Shown: positions 54,090 to 63,902, counted from the stretch's first letter. The stretch: 64,000 bases of DNA from Deltaproteobacteria bacterium (GCA_026388735.1 JAPLJG010000009.1:362-64361), one strand, 5' to 3'. Translations and numbers: made by a program. Notes: generated by a model not told the origin, from the sequence alone.

Positions 54090-55025
54090 ATGAAGATGAA
54101 GGTTCTGATAACCGGCGGCAATGGCCTGGTCGGGCGCAATTTTCGGGAGCATCCGGCGGCGGCCGGGTTCGAGATTCTGGCCCCCTCCAGCAGCGAGCTC
54201 AACCTGCTCGATTACGGGCAGGTCGCGCAGTATCTTGCCGAGCACCGGCCCGAGGTGATCATCCACGCCGCAGGCCGGGTTGGCGGGATTGAGGCGAATC
54301 TGCGGGAGCCGGTTCGGTTTTTTCTGGATAATCTCGACATGGGCCGCAATCTGGTTTGGGCCGCCCGCCAGCAGGGCGTGCCCCGCCTTATCAATCTCGG
54401 CAGCTCCTGCATGTATCCGCGCAACGCCGCCAATCCCCTGCGGGAGGAGATGATCCTCCAAGGGGAGCTGGAGCCGACCAACGAAGGCTATGCTCTGGCC
54501 AAGATCGCCACAGCCCGCCTCTGTCAGTATATCGCTCGAGAAGACCGCGGCTATGCCTATAAGACCCTGATCCCCTGCAACCTCTACGGCCGCCATGATA
54601 ATTTCGACCCGGCCAGCTCCCATCTCATCCCGGCTGTTATCCACAAGATGCACCGGGCCAGGCAGGAGAATAGGGAGACGGTGGAAATCTGGGGCGACGG
54701 CCTTGCCCGGCGGGAGTTCATGTCTGCCGGCGACCTGGCCGATTGCCTGGTCAAAGCGGTGTGCGCTTACGAAAGCCTGCCGGAGATGATGAACGTGGGG
54801 ATCGGGCAGGATTGCACCATCCTCGAATATTACCAAACGGTTGCCGAGGTGGTCGGTTTCCGGGGCACCTGTGTGCACAATCTGGCCAAGCCCGTGGGCA
54901 TGCAGCGCAAACTCGTCGATGTGACCCGGGCAGCCGCTTGGGGCTGGACCGCCCAAACCTCGCTTAAGCACGGCATCGGGCAGGCGTATGACTATTACTT
55001 GCAACAGCAGGAGCACGGAGCATGA
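54090..55025 (+). CDS. GDP-4-keto-6-deoxy-hexose epimerase/reductase (GDP-L-fucose synthase family; Fcl or ColC)
   Basis: 311 aa. GSSCMYP, EPTNEGYALAKI and SSHLIPAVI match the Fcl/WcaG catalytic motifs. The adjacent colD-like gene suggests a ColC role. Confidence 0.85.
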   Translation: MKMKVLITGGNGLVGRNFREHPAAAGFEILAPSSSELNLLDYGQVAQYLAEHRPEVIIHAAGRVGGIEANLREPVRFFLDNLDMGRNLVWAARQQGVPRLINLGSSCMYPRNAANPLREEMILQGELEPTNEGYALAKIATARLCQYIAREDRGYAYKTLIPCNLYGRHDNFDPASSHLIPAVIHKMHRARQENRETVEIWGDGLARREFMSAGDLADCLVKAVCAYESLPEMMNVGIGQDCTILEYYQTVAEVVGFRGTCVHNLAKPVGMQRKLVDVTRAAAWGWTAQTSLKHGIGQAYDYYLQQQEHGA

Positions 55026-56203
55026 GCAGATATCCCTTGGCATGTACCTCCTGGGACGAGGCGGAATATGAGGCCATGGCCCAGGTTGTTCAATCCGGCA
55101 GATTTTCCATGGGCGAGCATGTCGCAGGCTTTGAGCAGGAGTTTGCCCTCCATTTCGGCTCGCGCTTCTGCGTCATGGTCAATTCCGGTTCTTCGGCGAA
55201 CCTGCTCATGGTGGCAGCCCTCTTTTACCGGGAAAACAAGGCAGAGCGGCTGGCGGCTGGGGACGAGGTCATCGTGCCTGCGGTTTCCTGGAGCACCACC
55301 TATTTTCCTCTGCATCAGTATGGCTTGAAGCTCAAATTTGTCGATATCGATCCTGCCACCCTGAATTATGACCTTGCCCAGCTTGCCGATGCCGTAAGCG
55401 AGCGGACCCGGTTGGTCATGGCGGTGAACCTTCTGGGAAACCCCAACGATTTTGCCGCGATTCAGACGATCCTGGCAGGCAAGGGTGTGATCCTCATCGA
55501 AGACAACTGCGAGTCCATGGGCGCGGCCTTTGAAGGGAAGATGGCAGGAACCTTTGGCCTCATGGGCAGTTTCAGCTCGTTTTTCAGTCACCACATCTCC
55601 ACCATGGAAGGAGGGATGATCCTCACCGACGACGAGGAGTTGGCCCATATCCTCCTCAGTCTCCGGGCCCACGGCTGGACCAGAAACCTGCCTAAGGTGA
55701 ACAGGGTTTGCGGCGTGAAGGGGGATAATCCTTTCGAGGAGTCTTTCCGTTTTGTGCTGCCCGGCTACAACGTGCGCCCCCTGGAACTCAGCGGCGCCCT
55801 GGGGATGACCCAGATACGCAAGCTCTCGGAATTCGTAAGAGTCCGCCGGGAGAATGCCGCCAAATTCCTCCGCCTCATGGAGGCCTTTCCGCAGCTCCAG
55901 GTCCAGCGCGAGATCGGGGCAAGCAGTTGGTTCGGCTTCAGTCTGGTGGTGCGGGAGGATGCACGGTTTTCCCGGGAGGATGTGGTCCGAACCCTGGATG
56001 GCCATGGCATTGAGTGTCGCCCGATCGTGGCGGGTAATTTTGCTCGCTGCGAGGCCGTGCGCTGGCTCGATGCCACGAACCACGGTTCTCTTGCCCAGGC
56101 GGACTGGATTGACCGCAACGGTCTTTTTATTGGCAATCACCACTACCCGTTGGATGAACAGTTTGCGCTTCTCGGCGAGGCGCTCAAAAAATTGCCCTGC
56201 TGA
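55022..56203 (+). CDS. PLP/PMP-dependent DegT-family sugar 3-dehydratase, ColD-like
   Basis: 393 aa with a DegT/DnrJ/EryC1 fold. At the usual Schiff-base position the sequence reads SFFSHHISTMEGG, which has no Lys and a His pair instead. This is the feature reported for ColD and E1 (RfbH) dehydratases. Confidence 0.75.
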   Translation: MSRYPLACTSWDEAEYEAMAQVVQSGRFSMGEHVAGFEQEFALHFGSRFCVMVNSGSSANLLMVAALFYRENKAERLAAGDEVIVPAVSWSTTYFPLHQYGLKLKFVDIDPATLNYDLAQLADAVSERTRLVMAVNLLGNPNDFAAIQTILAGKGVILIEDNCESMGAAFEGKMAGTFGLMGSFSSFFSHHISTMEGGMILTDDEELAHILLSLRAHGWTRNLPKVNRVCGVKGDNPFEESFRFVLPGYNVRPLELSGALGMTQIRKLSEFVRVRRENAAKFLRLMEAFPQLQVQREIGASSWFGFSLVVREDARFSREDVVRTLDGHGIECRPIVAGNFARCEAVRWLDATNHGSLAQADWIDRNGLFIGNHHYPLDEQFALLGEALKKLPC

Positions 56204-56241
56204 CAGGGCCTCGATATTCCCACAACGGCCCCGTTGCCATT

Positions 56242-56922
56242 ATGAAAACAATCTGGTCCGCTCCCCCGCAAGAGTCCTTGCCGAACAAAAAGCCCCCGGT
56301 CCTTTTCCTGCCCGGCTGGGGATTTTCCGGGCAGGTTCTCGATCTGGCCGGAAAGCCTTGCCACCGCTGGCTAAGACCGTCTGCCCCGCTGGACCCGGCC
56401 ACCGCCCTACCAGAGATTCTCGCCTTTCTTACTCAACACCATCTTGATGCAATCCAACTGGTCGGCTGGTCCCTGGGCGCTTTCCTGGCTTTTGATTGTG
56501 CCTGTGCCTTTCCCGAAAAGGTTACGAGTTTGACCCTGCTGGGCATGCGGGCTTCCTGGCCTTCCTCGGAAATCGAGACCATTCGCCAGGGTCTTGCGAC
56601 CGATCCTGCGGCATTCTTGCGGGATTTTTACCGAAAAAGTCTTTTGGGTTATAAAAAAGAATCCCGGCGGTTTGTGGCCGAACAGCAGGAGGCGCTTCTG
56701 GAATCTCTGGACATGCAGGTCCTTGGCCGGGGCCTCGATTATCTGGCCCAATGGCGTCTGCCTGCGCACGGGCCGCAATGTCCGGTTTCCTGTTGGCATG
56801 GCCGGCGGGATATCATTGCGCCGGTGGCGGAGCAGGCTATGATCCCTGGAGCCAGCACCACCATCATTGAGTATGGCGGGCATGCGCTTTTTCTTGACCG
56901 GGAGTTTGCCCCAGGTGAGTGA
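56242..56922 (+). CDS. alpha/beta hydrolase, probable pimeloyl-ACP methyl ester esterase (BioH-like by context)
   Basis: 226 aa with the nucleophile elbow GWSLG. It lies immediately upstream of bioC-bioD and overlaps bioC. Confidence 0.65.
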   Translation: MKTIWSAPPQESLPNKKPPVLFLPGWGFSGQVLDLAGKPCHRWLRPSAPLDPATALPEILAFLTQHHLDAIQLVGWSLGAFLAFDCACAFPEKVTSLTLLGMRASWPSSEIETIRQGLATDPAAFLRDFYRKSLLGYKKESRRFVAEQQEALLESLDMQVLGRGLDYLAQWRLPAHGPQCPVSCWHGRRDIIAPVAEQAMIPGASTTIIEYGGHALFLDREFAPGE

Positions 56923-57703
56923 GTCCAGGAAACAAAGAATTCGGCAACGGTTTTCCCGTGCCGCCGGGACCTATGACGCCCATGCCGAGGTGCAGAAGGA
57001 GTTGGCGGTTCGCCTGCTGCGGGAGCTTCCTGAGGGTTGCGGGGGCGAAGGCATCGAACGTATCCTGGAGATCGGCTGCGGTACTGGGCGTTTCACCGCG
57101 ATGCTTGCCGAACGCTACCCAAAGGCCCGGATCGTTGCCCTTGATTTTGCCGAAGGCATGGCGCAGCTGGCCGGAAAGCGGTTGGCAGACAAGGGTAATG
57201 TCTCCGTGCTCTGTGAGGATGGGGAACGCTTCCTGGCCAGTTGCCCCGATACCTTTGATCTGATCTGCGCCAATTCCACCTTGCAATGGTTTGACGACCT
57301 CGGGGCGGCCCTGGGGCAGATTGGCCGGCTGCTTTCCGATCAAGGCCGTTTTGTCGGGGTGCTGTTCGGCCCTCGGACCTTCAGCGAGCTGACCCAGGGG
57401 TTGGGCCAGGTCTTTGGTCAGGAAGTGCACCTGCCGCCCCATGGTTTTCCAACAGGGGAGCGCCTGGAGGCCATGCTGGCGGAGATTTTTCCGCAGTTTT
57501 CCGTGCAGGAAGAGCTGAAGCGCAGAAATTATGGGGCGCTTCTTGACCTGCTGGACCACATCCGCAAGACCGGCACCGGCGGGGGCCAGCTGCCCGGCGC
57601 TTTGACCAGGGGGCGATTGCGCCAGCTTGATGCCTGGTTTCAGGCAACCCATGGCGGGTATTCTGCCACCTATCAGGCCTTTGTCGTCAGGGGGGAGAAA
57701 TGA
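56915..57703 (+). CDS. bioC: malonyl-ACP O-methyltransferase BioC
   Basis: Begins QRIRQRFSRAAGTYDAHAEVQ, as BioC N-termini do, and has the SAM motif ILEIGCGTGRFT. The start is uncertain: either GTG at 56915, overlapping the upstream stop (GTGAGTGA), or ATG at 56867. Confidence 0.8.
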   Translation: MSESRKQRIRQRFSRAAGTYDAHAEVQKELAVRLLRELPEGCGGEGIERILEIGCGTGRFTAMLAERYPKARIVALDFAEGMAQLAGKRLADKGNVSVLCEDGERFLASCPDTFDLICANSTLQWFDDLGAALGQIGRLLSDQGRFVGVLFGPRTFSELTQGLGQVFGQEVHLPPHGFPTGERLEAMLAEIFPQFSVQEELKRRNYGALLDLLDHIRKTGTGGGQLPGALTRGRLRQLDAWFQATHGGYSATYQAFVVRGEK

Positions 57704-58389
57704 ACGCGATCTTTGTTGCCGGCACGGACACCAATGTGGGCAAGACCCATGTCTGCGGGCTGCTTCTTGATTTTCTGCGAAAAAACGGGAGCGATGCCGG
57801 GTATCAGAAATGGGCGGCAACCGGGCCGGAATTTCCGCCAGCGGATTTGGCGGAATGCCTGCGCATGGCGGGTCTCCCCCTTGAGCCGGAGTTGGTCAGT
57901 CGTCAGGTGGTCTATCATTTTGCCCTGCCCGCCTCACCCCACCTCGCTGCCGAGCAACAAGGAGCGGTTGTTGATCCGGCCTTGATCCGCGCCCGGTATC
58001 AGGAGATGCTGGCCCGCCATGAGTTGCTCATTGTCGAGGGGGTCGGCGGGTTGATGGTGCCGCTCAACCGGGAGTTGCTGCTGGTGGATCTGCTGGGGGA
58101 GTTGAAGATTCCCACCCTGATCGTGGCGAGGAGTGGTCTTGGCACCATCAACCACACCTTGCTGACCCTGGAGGCCTTGCGGCACAGAGGGATTCCGGTT
58201 CTGGGGGTGGTATTTTCCGATGCCGTAGACGAGGAAGATGAGCTGCTGGTTGCAGACAATATGCACACCATCGCCGAAATGGGGCGGGTGCAAGTCTTTG
58301 GCCGCCTGCGGCGTTGCGTTGATCCAGCCCAAGCCCGGTTGGATTTTATTCCGGTGGGCCTGGCAATTGCCGAAGCCTTTGGGCGGTAA
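57700..58389 (+). CDS. bioD: dethiobiotin synthase BioD
   Basis: IFVAGTDTNVGKTHVCGLL (P-loop) and EGVGGLMVPL motifs are present. The start overlaps the bioC stop (ATGA). Confidence 0.9.
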   Translation: MNAIFVAGTDTNVGKTHVCGLLLDFLRKNGSDAGYQKWAATGPEFPPADLAECLRMAGLPLEPELVSRQVVYHFALPASPHLAAEQQGAVVDPALIRARYQEMLARHELLIVEGVGGLMVPLNRELLLVDLLGELKIPTLIVARSGLGTINHTLLTLEALRHRGIPVLGVVFSDAVDEEDELLVADNMHTIAEMGRVQVFGRLRRCVDPAQARLDFIPVGLAIAEAFGR

Positions 58390-58402
58390 TTGCCAGGAAG
58401 AT

Positions 58403-58621
58403 TTACTTCTGGCAGCAGCCTTGGCCTGGACGGCTTTCTGGCACCCCGAGTTTTTTGAGGATAAAGGCCATCGGGCAGGATTTGCTGAAGCCGTACTGGA
58501 AGAGGTTGGCCCCGACAAGGGCGGTGAAAAAGAGCCAGTAGGGGTGGACCCAGGTTCCCAGGGCCAGGCTGATCAGAATGAAGGCGCCGGCAACAACATG
58601 AACCCAGTCTGTGATGGTCAT
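58403..58621 (-). CDS. DUF2892 (YgaP C-terminal-like) small membrane protein
   Basis: About 72 aa from MTITDW with two transmembrane helices. ALVGANLFQYGFSKSCPMAFILKKLG is the DUF2892 pattern. Confidence 0.7.
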   Translation of the reverse strand: MTITDWVHVVAGAFILISLALGTWVHPYWLFFTALVGANLFQYGFSKSCPMAFILKKLGVPESRPGQGCCQK

Positions 58622-58673
58622 GGTGCAGTCTCCTGTGTGGTGCTGGTGCGGCAACGGGTATATCAGATGAAAA

Positions 58674-58961
58674 TCAGGGTACCTGGCAGAAAAGTTCCCG
58701 CATGTTTTTGATCAATTCGGTCACCCGGCCTTCTGCGATCCGGTTGAAGATGAAATTGGCATCCTTGCGGTAGGCGATGATTCCCTGGTTGCGGAGGATG
58801 GAGAGATGCTGGGAGACATTGGCATTGGTGGTGTGCACCTCTTTGTGGAGATCGCCCACGGTCATTTCCTTGTCTTGTAACAGGCAGAGGATCTTCAGGC
58901 GGATGGGGTGCGACATGGTCTTGAGGAGTTTGGCCATATCATCGATGTGATTGTCCTGCAT
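58674..58961 (-). CDS. ArsR/SmtB-family transcriptional regulator
   Basis: 95 aa with the wHTH HPIRLKILCLLQDKEMTVGDLHKEVHTTNANVSQHLSILRNQGII. Confidence 0.85.
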   Translation of the reverse strand: MQDNHIDDMAKLLKTMSHPIRLKILCLLQDKEMTVGDLHKEVHTTNANVSQHLSILRNQGIIAYRKDANFIFNRIAEGRVTELIKNMRELFCQVP

Positions 58962-59033
58962 GGGGCTGTTTCCTTACCTGAAGTTAAGCTGTAAATCTAA
59001 TCCTGGGTCGTCTTGTCTGTAAACAGAAAAAGT

Positions 59034-59846
59034 TTACCCTTCCTTTCCTCGTGTCACCCGTACGGGATCATCCACCTCTGCCCCCAGAATCCGGGCGGCA
59101 TTTCCATTGGCCACTGCCAGTTCAAGGTAGCCGCGGCTGCCGATGAGCGCCAGAAACCGCCCGTTCGGCCCAGAGGCGTAATCGCTTGTCAGGCCGGTAA
59201 CTTGCTGCTGCTTATGAAAGATCTGGATGGATGCCGGATCGGCTGTCAAACCGGCAAGATCACGCTGGTGGATATTCGTGGTCAGATTGCCGAAATGATC
59301 GATGTGGATCACGGACCCGGCTATGTTGCCATGAATCCGATCAATTTGCAAGGTGGGGGATGCAAGTTTTATAAGTTTTTCCTTAAGCGTCCGGTTGCCA
59401 AGGCTGGAGAGCCCGATGCCATTGGCCAGGGCCGCCGCGATAGGGGCGAGGATATCGCGGCCATGGAAGGTGGCGCTGAGTGGGGTAAGATAGTGCTCCG
59501 GGCAATCAATATAGATGGCTTCTTCAAAAAGCGGGTCGTGCAGGAAGGGACTCAGGATGCCGTTGTCCGGCCCGAGAAAAAACTGGCCCATGGCCCGGAC
59601 CGCCAGGAGCTGCCTATTGGTGCCCACCCCCGGATCGACAATGGCCAGATGGATGGTGCCTTTGGGGAAATACGGGGCTGCCGCCTGAAGGATAAAGGCG
59701 GCCTGCCGGACATCTTGGGGCCGGATGGTGTGGCACAGGTCGATGAGTCGTGCCTGCGGAGCCAGACCGAGGATGACCCCTTTGAGTACGCCGACGTATT
59801 CATCTTCTAGGCCGAAATCCGTGGTCAGGGTGATAATGGCAGGCAT
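59034..59846 (-). CDS. SAM hydrolase / SAM-dependent halogenase family protein (DUF62)
   Basis: 270 aa with the N-terminus ITLTTDFGLEDEYVGVLKGVI and AIVDPGVGT. Confidence 0.85.
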   Translation of the reverse strand: MPAIITLTTDFGLEDEYVGVLKGVILGLAPQARLIDLCHTIRPQDVRQAAFILQAAAPYFPKGTIHLAIVDPGVGTNRQLLAVRAMGQFFLGPDNGILSPFLHDPLFEEAIYIDCPEHYLTPLSATFHGRDILAPIAAALANGIGLSSLGNRTLKEKLIKLASPTLQIDRIHGNIAGSVIHIDHFGNLTTNIHQRDLAGLTADPASIQIFHKQQQVTGLTSDYASGPNGRFLALIGSRGYLELAVANGNAARILGAEVDDPVRVTRGKEG

Positions 59847-59858
59847 GACATCACCGAA

Positions 59859-60827
59859 TCAATGGACAAGGCGGGAGACCCCGACCATCTCGGTGCGGGT
59901 GCGCAATTGGCTCTGGTAGCGGCGCAGGGCCTCCACCGTGGCCGGGTAGGGGTGGCCGATGCCCACGGCCTGGCCATGCTCTCCGGCAAGCCGGATCAGG
60001 AGGTCAATCTGGGCCATGATCTTGTCCGGGTTCTGGTCGTTGTCCAGAAAAACGGTGCGGTGTTCTGTCTTGACGCCCATGGCAATGGCAAGATCATAGG
60101 CCACACTGTTGGCGGCGGTCATGCTGTCCAGGAAAAAAAGGCCGCGGGTCCGCACCAGGGCCAGCAGGGTCCGCATGGCCACACTGTTGGCGGTGAAGCG
60201 TGAACCCATGTGGTTGTTGACCCCGATGGCTTTGGGCACTGCTTGCAGGTCTTCGTGAAAGCGGGCCTTCATGGCCTCCGGGTCCATGGCCGTGCTCAGG
60301 GCACCGGGGCCTGGGTTTGCTTTTGGGTTCATGGGCTCAAGGGGTAGGTGGAGGAGGATGTCGCGGCCCCTGGCCTGGGCTTCCTGTTGCAGCTCTTCGG
60401 AAAAGGGGGTGAAGGGCAGAAAGGCGAAGGAGAGGGGCAGATCAAGGGCGAGGAGGGCCTTGCCGGTATTTTGCCGGTAGCCCATATCGTCGATGACGAT
60501 GGCCACCAGGGGTCTGCCCGGCAGAGGCTTTTTTTCTGGCTTCTTGCTGTGGGTTGCAACCGGTGGTGCTTGATGGGGCAGGGCCGGTTCTTCGTAGAGC
60601 GGGGTAGGCTGCGGTTCGACTTCCTGATGCAGGGGCTTTTTCTTGGCCTGCCCGCTCAAGGTGGGCAACGGGAGCCCCGGCGGCTTGCCGGGATAGAGCA
60701 CCATGAAATAGAATCCAGCAGCCAGGGTCGCGGCCACAAAGAGAAAGAGGCAGAAGAGGCCAAGACGTCTTCCTGGTTTTTTTTTTGCGCTTTTCCGAGC
60801 GGATTTTTTTGGAGAAACCTTGGGCAT
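59859..60827 (-). CDS. divergent polysaccharide deacetylase (YibQ family)
   Basis: 322 aa with an N-terminal basic anchor and a Pro-rich linker. VAIVIDDMGY...LLHLPLEP...NNHMGS are YibQ motifs. Confidence 0.85.
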   Translation of the reverse strand: MPKVSPKKSARKSAKKKPGRRLGLFCLFLFVAATLAAGFYFMVLYPGKPPGLPLPTLSGQAKKKPLHQEVEPQPTPLYEEPALPHQAPPVATHSKKPEKKPLPGRPLVAIVIDDMGYRQNTGKALLALDLPLSFAFLPFTPFSEELQQEAQARGRDILLHLPLEPMNPKANPGPGALSTAMDPEAMKARFHEDLQAVPKAIGVNNHMGSRFTANSVAMRTLLALVRTRGLFFLDSMTAANSVAYDLAIAMGVKTEHRTVFLDNDQNPDKIMAQIDLLIRLAGEHGQAVGIGHPYPATVEALRRYQSQLRTRTEMVGVSRLVH

Positions 60828-60829
60828 GC

Positions 60830-61810
60830 CTATTTGTCGCGGCTCAAGACATAATGAGCCAGACCGGTCAGAGGCTCTTTGGCCGGAGCCTCGCCAAAGA
60901 TGGTCAGACCGGACAGGGCTTCGGCGAGCAGTGCCTCAGCCTGCGCTCTGGCCAGGGCAAAACCCTGATATTTTTCCATCAGCTCTTGGGCTGTGGCCAG
61001 TTTTTGGCTGCGCTCCTGCGGGGTTGCCTTGAGCAGGGCAAGAAGTGTCTCGCGGTCCTCGGTGTTGGCCCGAGCCAGGGTCTTGATCAGGGGCAGGGTC
61101 ATCTTGCCTTCCTGAAAATCATTGCCCACTGTCTTGCCGGTTTTTGCCGGGTCGCCGAGATAATCCAGCAGGTCGTCCACGATTTGGAAGGCCAGCCCTA
61201 GGTTGGTCCCGTAGGTGCGCAGGGCGAGACGCTGCTCGGCGGAACCCTGGTTGTGGGCAATGCCCGCCTCGCAGGCTGCGGCAATGAGGGCGGCGGTTTT
61301 GCCCATTAGGACCTGAAAGTATTTCTCCTCGGAGATGAGGATCTCGCTGGCGTTGTGCATCTGCATGAATTCCGACTCGACCATCGCCGCAGTGGCGCGG
61401 CCGATCAGGGCCATGGCTGTCGGGCCGCCCACCTCGCTGGCCAGGGCCATGGCATGGGCATGGAGATAATCTCCGGCCAGGATCACCGGCTCAATGCCCC
61501 AGATGGTGTTGGCGGTTTTCGCACCCCGCCGCAGGGTGGCATGGTCGATGACATCGTCGTGCAAGAGGCTTGCCGCGTGGAGATACTCGAAAGAAATGGC
61601 CAAGCGCTGGGTGTCGGCGGGGGGATTGCCCACCAGGCTTGCGGCCAGCAGGGTGAGCAGGGGCCGGATGCGTTTACCGCCTTGGAAGATGGCATGGCGG
61701 ATAATCTCGGCCAGGAGCGGACTTTCGACGATGGCCAGATCCTTTTCCATCACCGCATCGATGCGGGCACCCTTTTCTTTGAGGGTGGCAAGCAGCTCGC
61801 CGTTGTTCAT
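60830..61810 (-). CDS. polyprenyl diphosphate synthase (IspB-like, long-chain)
   Basis: 326 aa with the first DDxxD region LLHDDVIDHATLRRG and the second, FQIVDDLLDY. Confidence 0.9.
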   Translation of the reverse strand: MNNGELLATLKEKGARIDAVMEKDLAIVESPLLAEIIRHAIFQGGKRIRPLLTLLAASLVGNPPADTQRLAISFEYLHAASLLHDDVIDHATLRRGAKTANTIWGIEPVILAGDYLHAHAMALASEVGGPTAMALIGRATAAMVESEFMQMHNASEILISEEKYFQVLMGKTAALIAAACEAGIAHNQGSAEQRLALRTYGTNLGLAFQIVDDLLDYLGDPAKTGKTVGNDFQEGKMTLPLIKTLARANTEDRETLLALLKATPQERSQKLATAQELMEKYQGFALARAQAEALLAEALSGLTIFGEAPAKEPLTGLAHYVLSRDK

Positions 61811-63774
61811 GGTCGTTCCTCCTGGAAAAAATCCCGTACCGGAGCAATCTCGCGGCAGATCGGGCTTGGGGGCAGGCTTTTCAGGAAGAGTCTGCCGTAC
61901 TGCTTGCTGAAAAGACGGACATCGCAGATGGCCAGGACCCCCCGGTCGGTGGAGCTGCGCATCAACCGGCCCACGCCCTGGCGCAGGGTCAGGATGGCGC
62001 GAGGGATTTGAAAATCGTAGAATGGGTTGCCGCCCTCGTTTTTGATCCGATCCATGCGGGCCATAATAACAGGGTCTGAGGGGACTTCAAACGGAAGTTT
62101 GTCGATGATCACGCAGCTCAGCGATTCGCCCACCACATCCACCCCCTCCCAGAAGCTGGCCACTGCCAAGAGAACGGAATGGGTCTGTTCCCGGAACTGC
62201 TCTAGCAGCTTGGCCTTGGGCGCCTCCCCCTGCATCAGTATCGGAAATGGCAGGCGGGCGAGAAGAACCTCGTGGGCAGCGCGCATGGCGCTGATGCTGG
62301 TGAACAGCAGCAGCGCCCGGCCATTGGCAGCCATGATCAACTCCTGCATCAGTTGTTGGCTGGCCCGTGGAAACTCCCGGTCCGCGGGTTCGGGAAAGCC
62401 CTTGCCCGGCACGAACAACAGGGTGCGCTGTGCGTAATCAAAGGGGGTGGTCAGGGTCAGGGTCGGGGTGTCTGAGGGCAGGCCGAGGCGGCTGAAAAAG
62501 TAGGTGAAGGTGTTGTCCGTGGTAAGCGTAGCCGAGGTGAAAATCACATTCCTGGTCTGCTCGTAGAGAAAATCCTGCAACTCGCCGGCGATGTCGATGG
62601 GCGAGGCGGACAGGGCCACGGTTTTTTCCCGCCGCTCGTACCAGTAGACCGAGGATGGATTCCGCGCTTCGGTGATGGCGGTGAAGGCAGCGAGCATCTC
62701 TTCCGCCCGCCGCTGCATGCCCAGCCAGGACTCCCCGCCCATGGCCGCCTTGGCCAGTTGATTGCAGAGGCCCTTGATCTGGTCGGCCAGGCGCTGCCGC
62801 TCTTCTTCCCAGCCGGGGAACCGTTCGATGAATTGCAGCAGGGAAAACCGGCCCCGCTCCCAGGGAAAGAGCTCGGTAAAGAGATCGACCTGTTTGGCCA
62901 GCGCCCTGGCGGTTTGCACCACCCCCTCCTTGGCGCGGCCCTTCAGATCGGCCTGGGCCGCAGTTTCCAGGTCTTTCACCAGATCGATCACCTGGTAATG
63001 GCTGAAGGAGGTGCCGAAGTACTGGGTTGCCACCCCTTCCAGATGGTGGGCCTCATCAAAGATCACCGATTCGTAGCGGGGCAGGACCTCGGCATGCCCG
63101 AAACGGCGCAGGGCCAGATCGGAAAAGAAGAGGTGATGGTTGACCACCAGCAGCTGGGCCTGGCCCGCCTTTTTGCGCAGTCGGGTGATAAAGCATTGGG
63201 AGGCGTCCGGGCAGTTGGAGCCCAGGCATTGGCTGGCCGAGGCGGTGATTGCCTGCCAGAGCGGGGCGTTGTCTGCCAGCCAGGAGAGTTCGCTGCGGTC
63301 GCCGGTTTCGGTTTCTTCAAGCCAATCGGTGACCCGCTGGGTATCGCGGTCATCGGCAAAGAGATTGCGCTGGGGTGAGGCGAGGAACTGATACCAGCGG
63401 TAGAGGCAGAGGTAGTTCTGCCTGCCCTTGATGCAAAGGGCGTTCAGCCTCGGGGCCAGGTGTTTCTCGATGAAGGGGATTTCCTTGGTAAGTATCTGAT
63501 CCTGGAGGTTCAGGGTGTTGGTGGAAACCACCACCTTCTGGCCGCTCAGGATGGCCGGGACCAGATAGGCCAGGGTCTTGCCGGTGCCGGTGCCCGCTTC
63601 AACCGCCAGCATCCCCGGCTGACTTGGTTCGTCTTCCGGCAGCCCCAAAGTGGCACCAATGGCTTCGGCCATGCGCAGTTGGCTGGGGCGGGATTCGTAG
63701 CCCGGCAGTTTGTCGGCCAGGATGCCGCCTTGGGCAAAGATCTCGGCCATGGCCTCGGACAGGGAAGTGGACAT
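61807..63774 (-). CDS. dinG: ATP-dependent DNA helicase, DinG/XPD (Rad3) family with Fe-S domain
   Basis: 655 aa. It has Walker A (EAGTGTGKTLAY), the DEAH box (FDEAHHLE) and an Fe-S domain with Cys residues (for example CLGSNCPDASQCF). Confidence 0.85.
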   Translation of the reverse strand: MSTSLSEAMAEIFAQGGILADKLPGYESRPSQLRMAEAIGATLGLPEDEPSQPGMLAVEAGTGTGKTLAYLVPAILSGQKVVVSTNTLNLQDQILTKEIPFIEKHLAPRLNALCIKGRQNYLCLYRWYQFLASPQRNLFADDRDTQRVTDWLEETETGDRSELSWLADNAPLWQAITASASQCLGSNCPDASQCFITRLRKKAGQAQLLVVNHHLFFSDLALRRFGHAEVLPRYESVIFDEAHHLEGVATQYFGTSFSHYQVIDLVKDLETAAQADLKGRAKEGVVQTARALAKQVDLFTELFPWERGRFSLLQFIERFPGWEEERQRLADQIKGLCNQLAKAAMGGESWLGMQRRAEEMLAAFTAITEARNPSSVYWYERREKTVALSASPIDIAGELQDFLYEQTRNVIFTSATLTTDNTFTYFFSRLGLPSDTPTLTLTTPFDYAQRTLLFVPGKGFPEPADREFPRASQQLMQELIMAANGRALLLFTSISAMRAAHEVLLARLPFPILMQGEAPKAKLLEQFREQTHSVLLAVASFWEGVDVVGESLSCVIIDKLPFEVPSDPVIMARMDRIKNEGGNPFYDFQIPRAILTLRQGVGRLMRSSTDRGVLAICDVRLFSKQYGRLFLKSLPPSPICREIAPVRDFFQEERP

Positions 63775-63902
63775 CGGGCTATGCTCTGTGCGGATTCAAG
63801 GGGAAGTCTCTCCTGTTGACAAGGGGAAAAGCATTCTGCTAGCCTGATCATGGAGAGAGGATAATACGACCAAGTCGCGGTCGTGGCTAAAGCTTGTTTG
63901 GG

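Noticed and set aside
52938-55043. 701-aa ORF on the minus strand
   Set aside because: It is antisense to gmd and the fcl-like gene and has the same low-complexity antisense signature.
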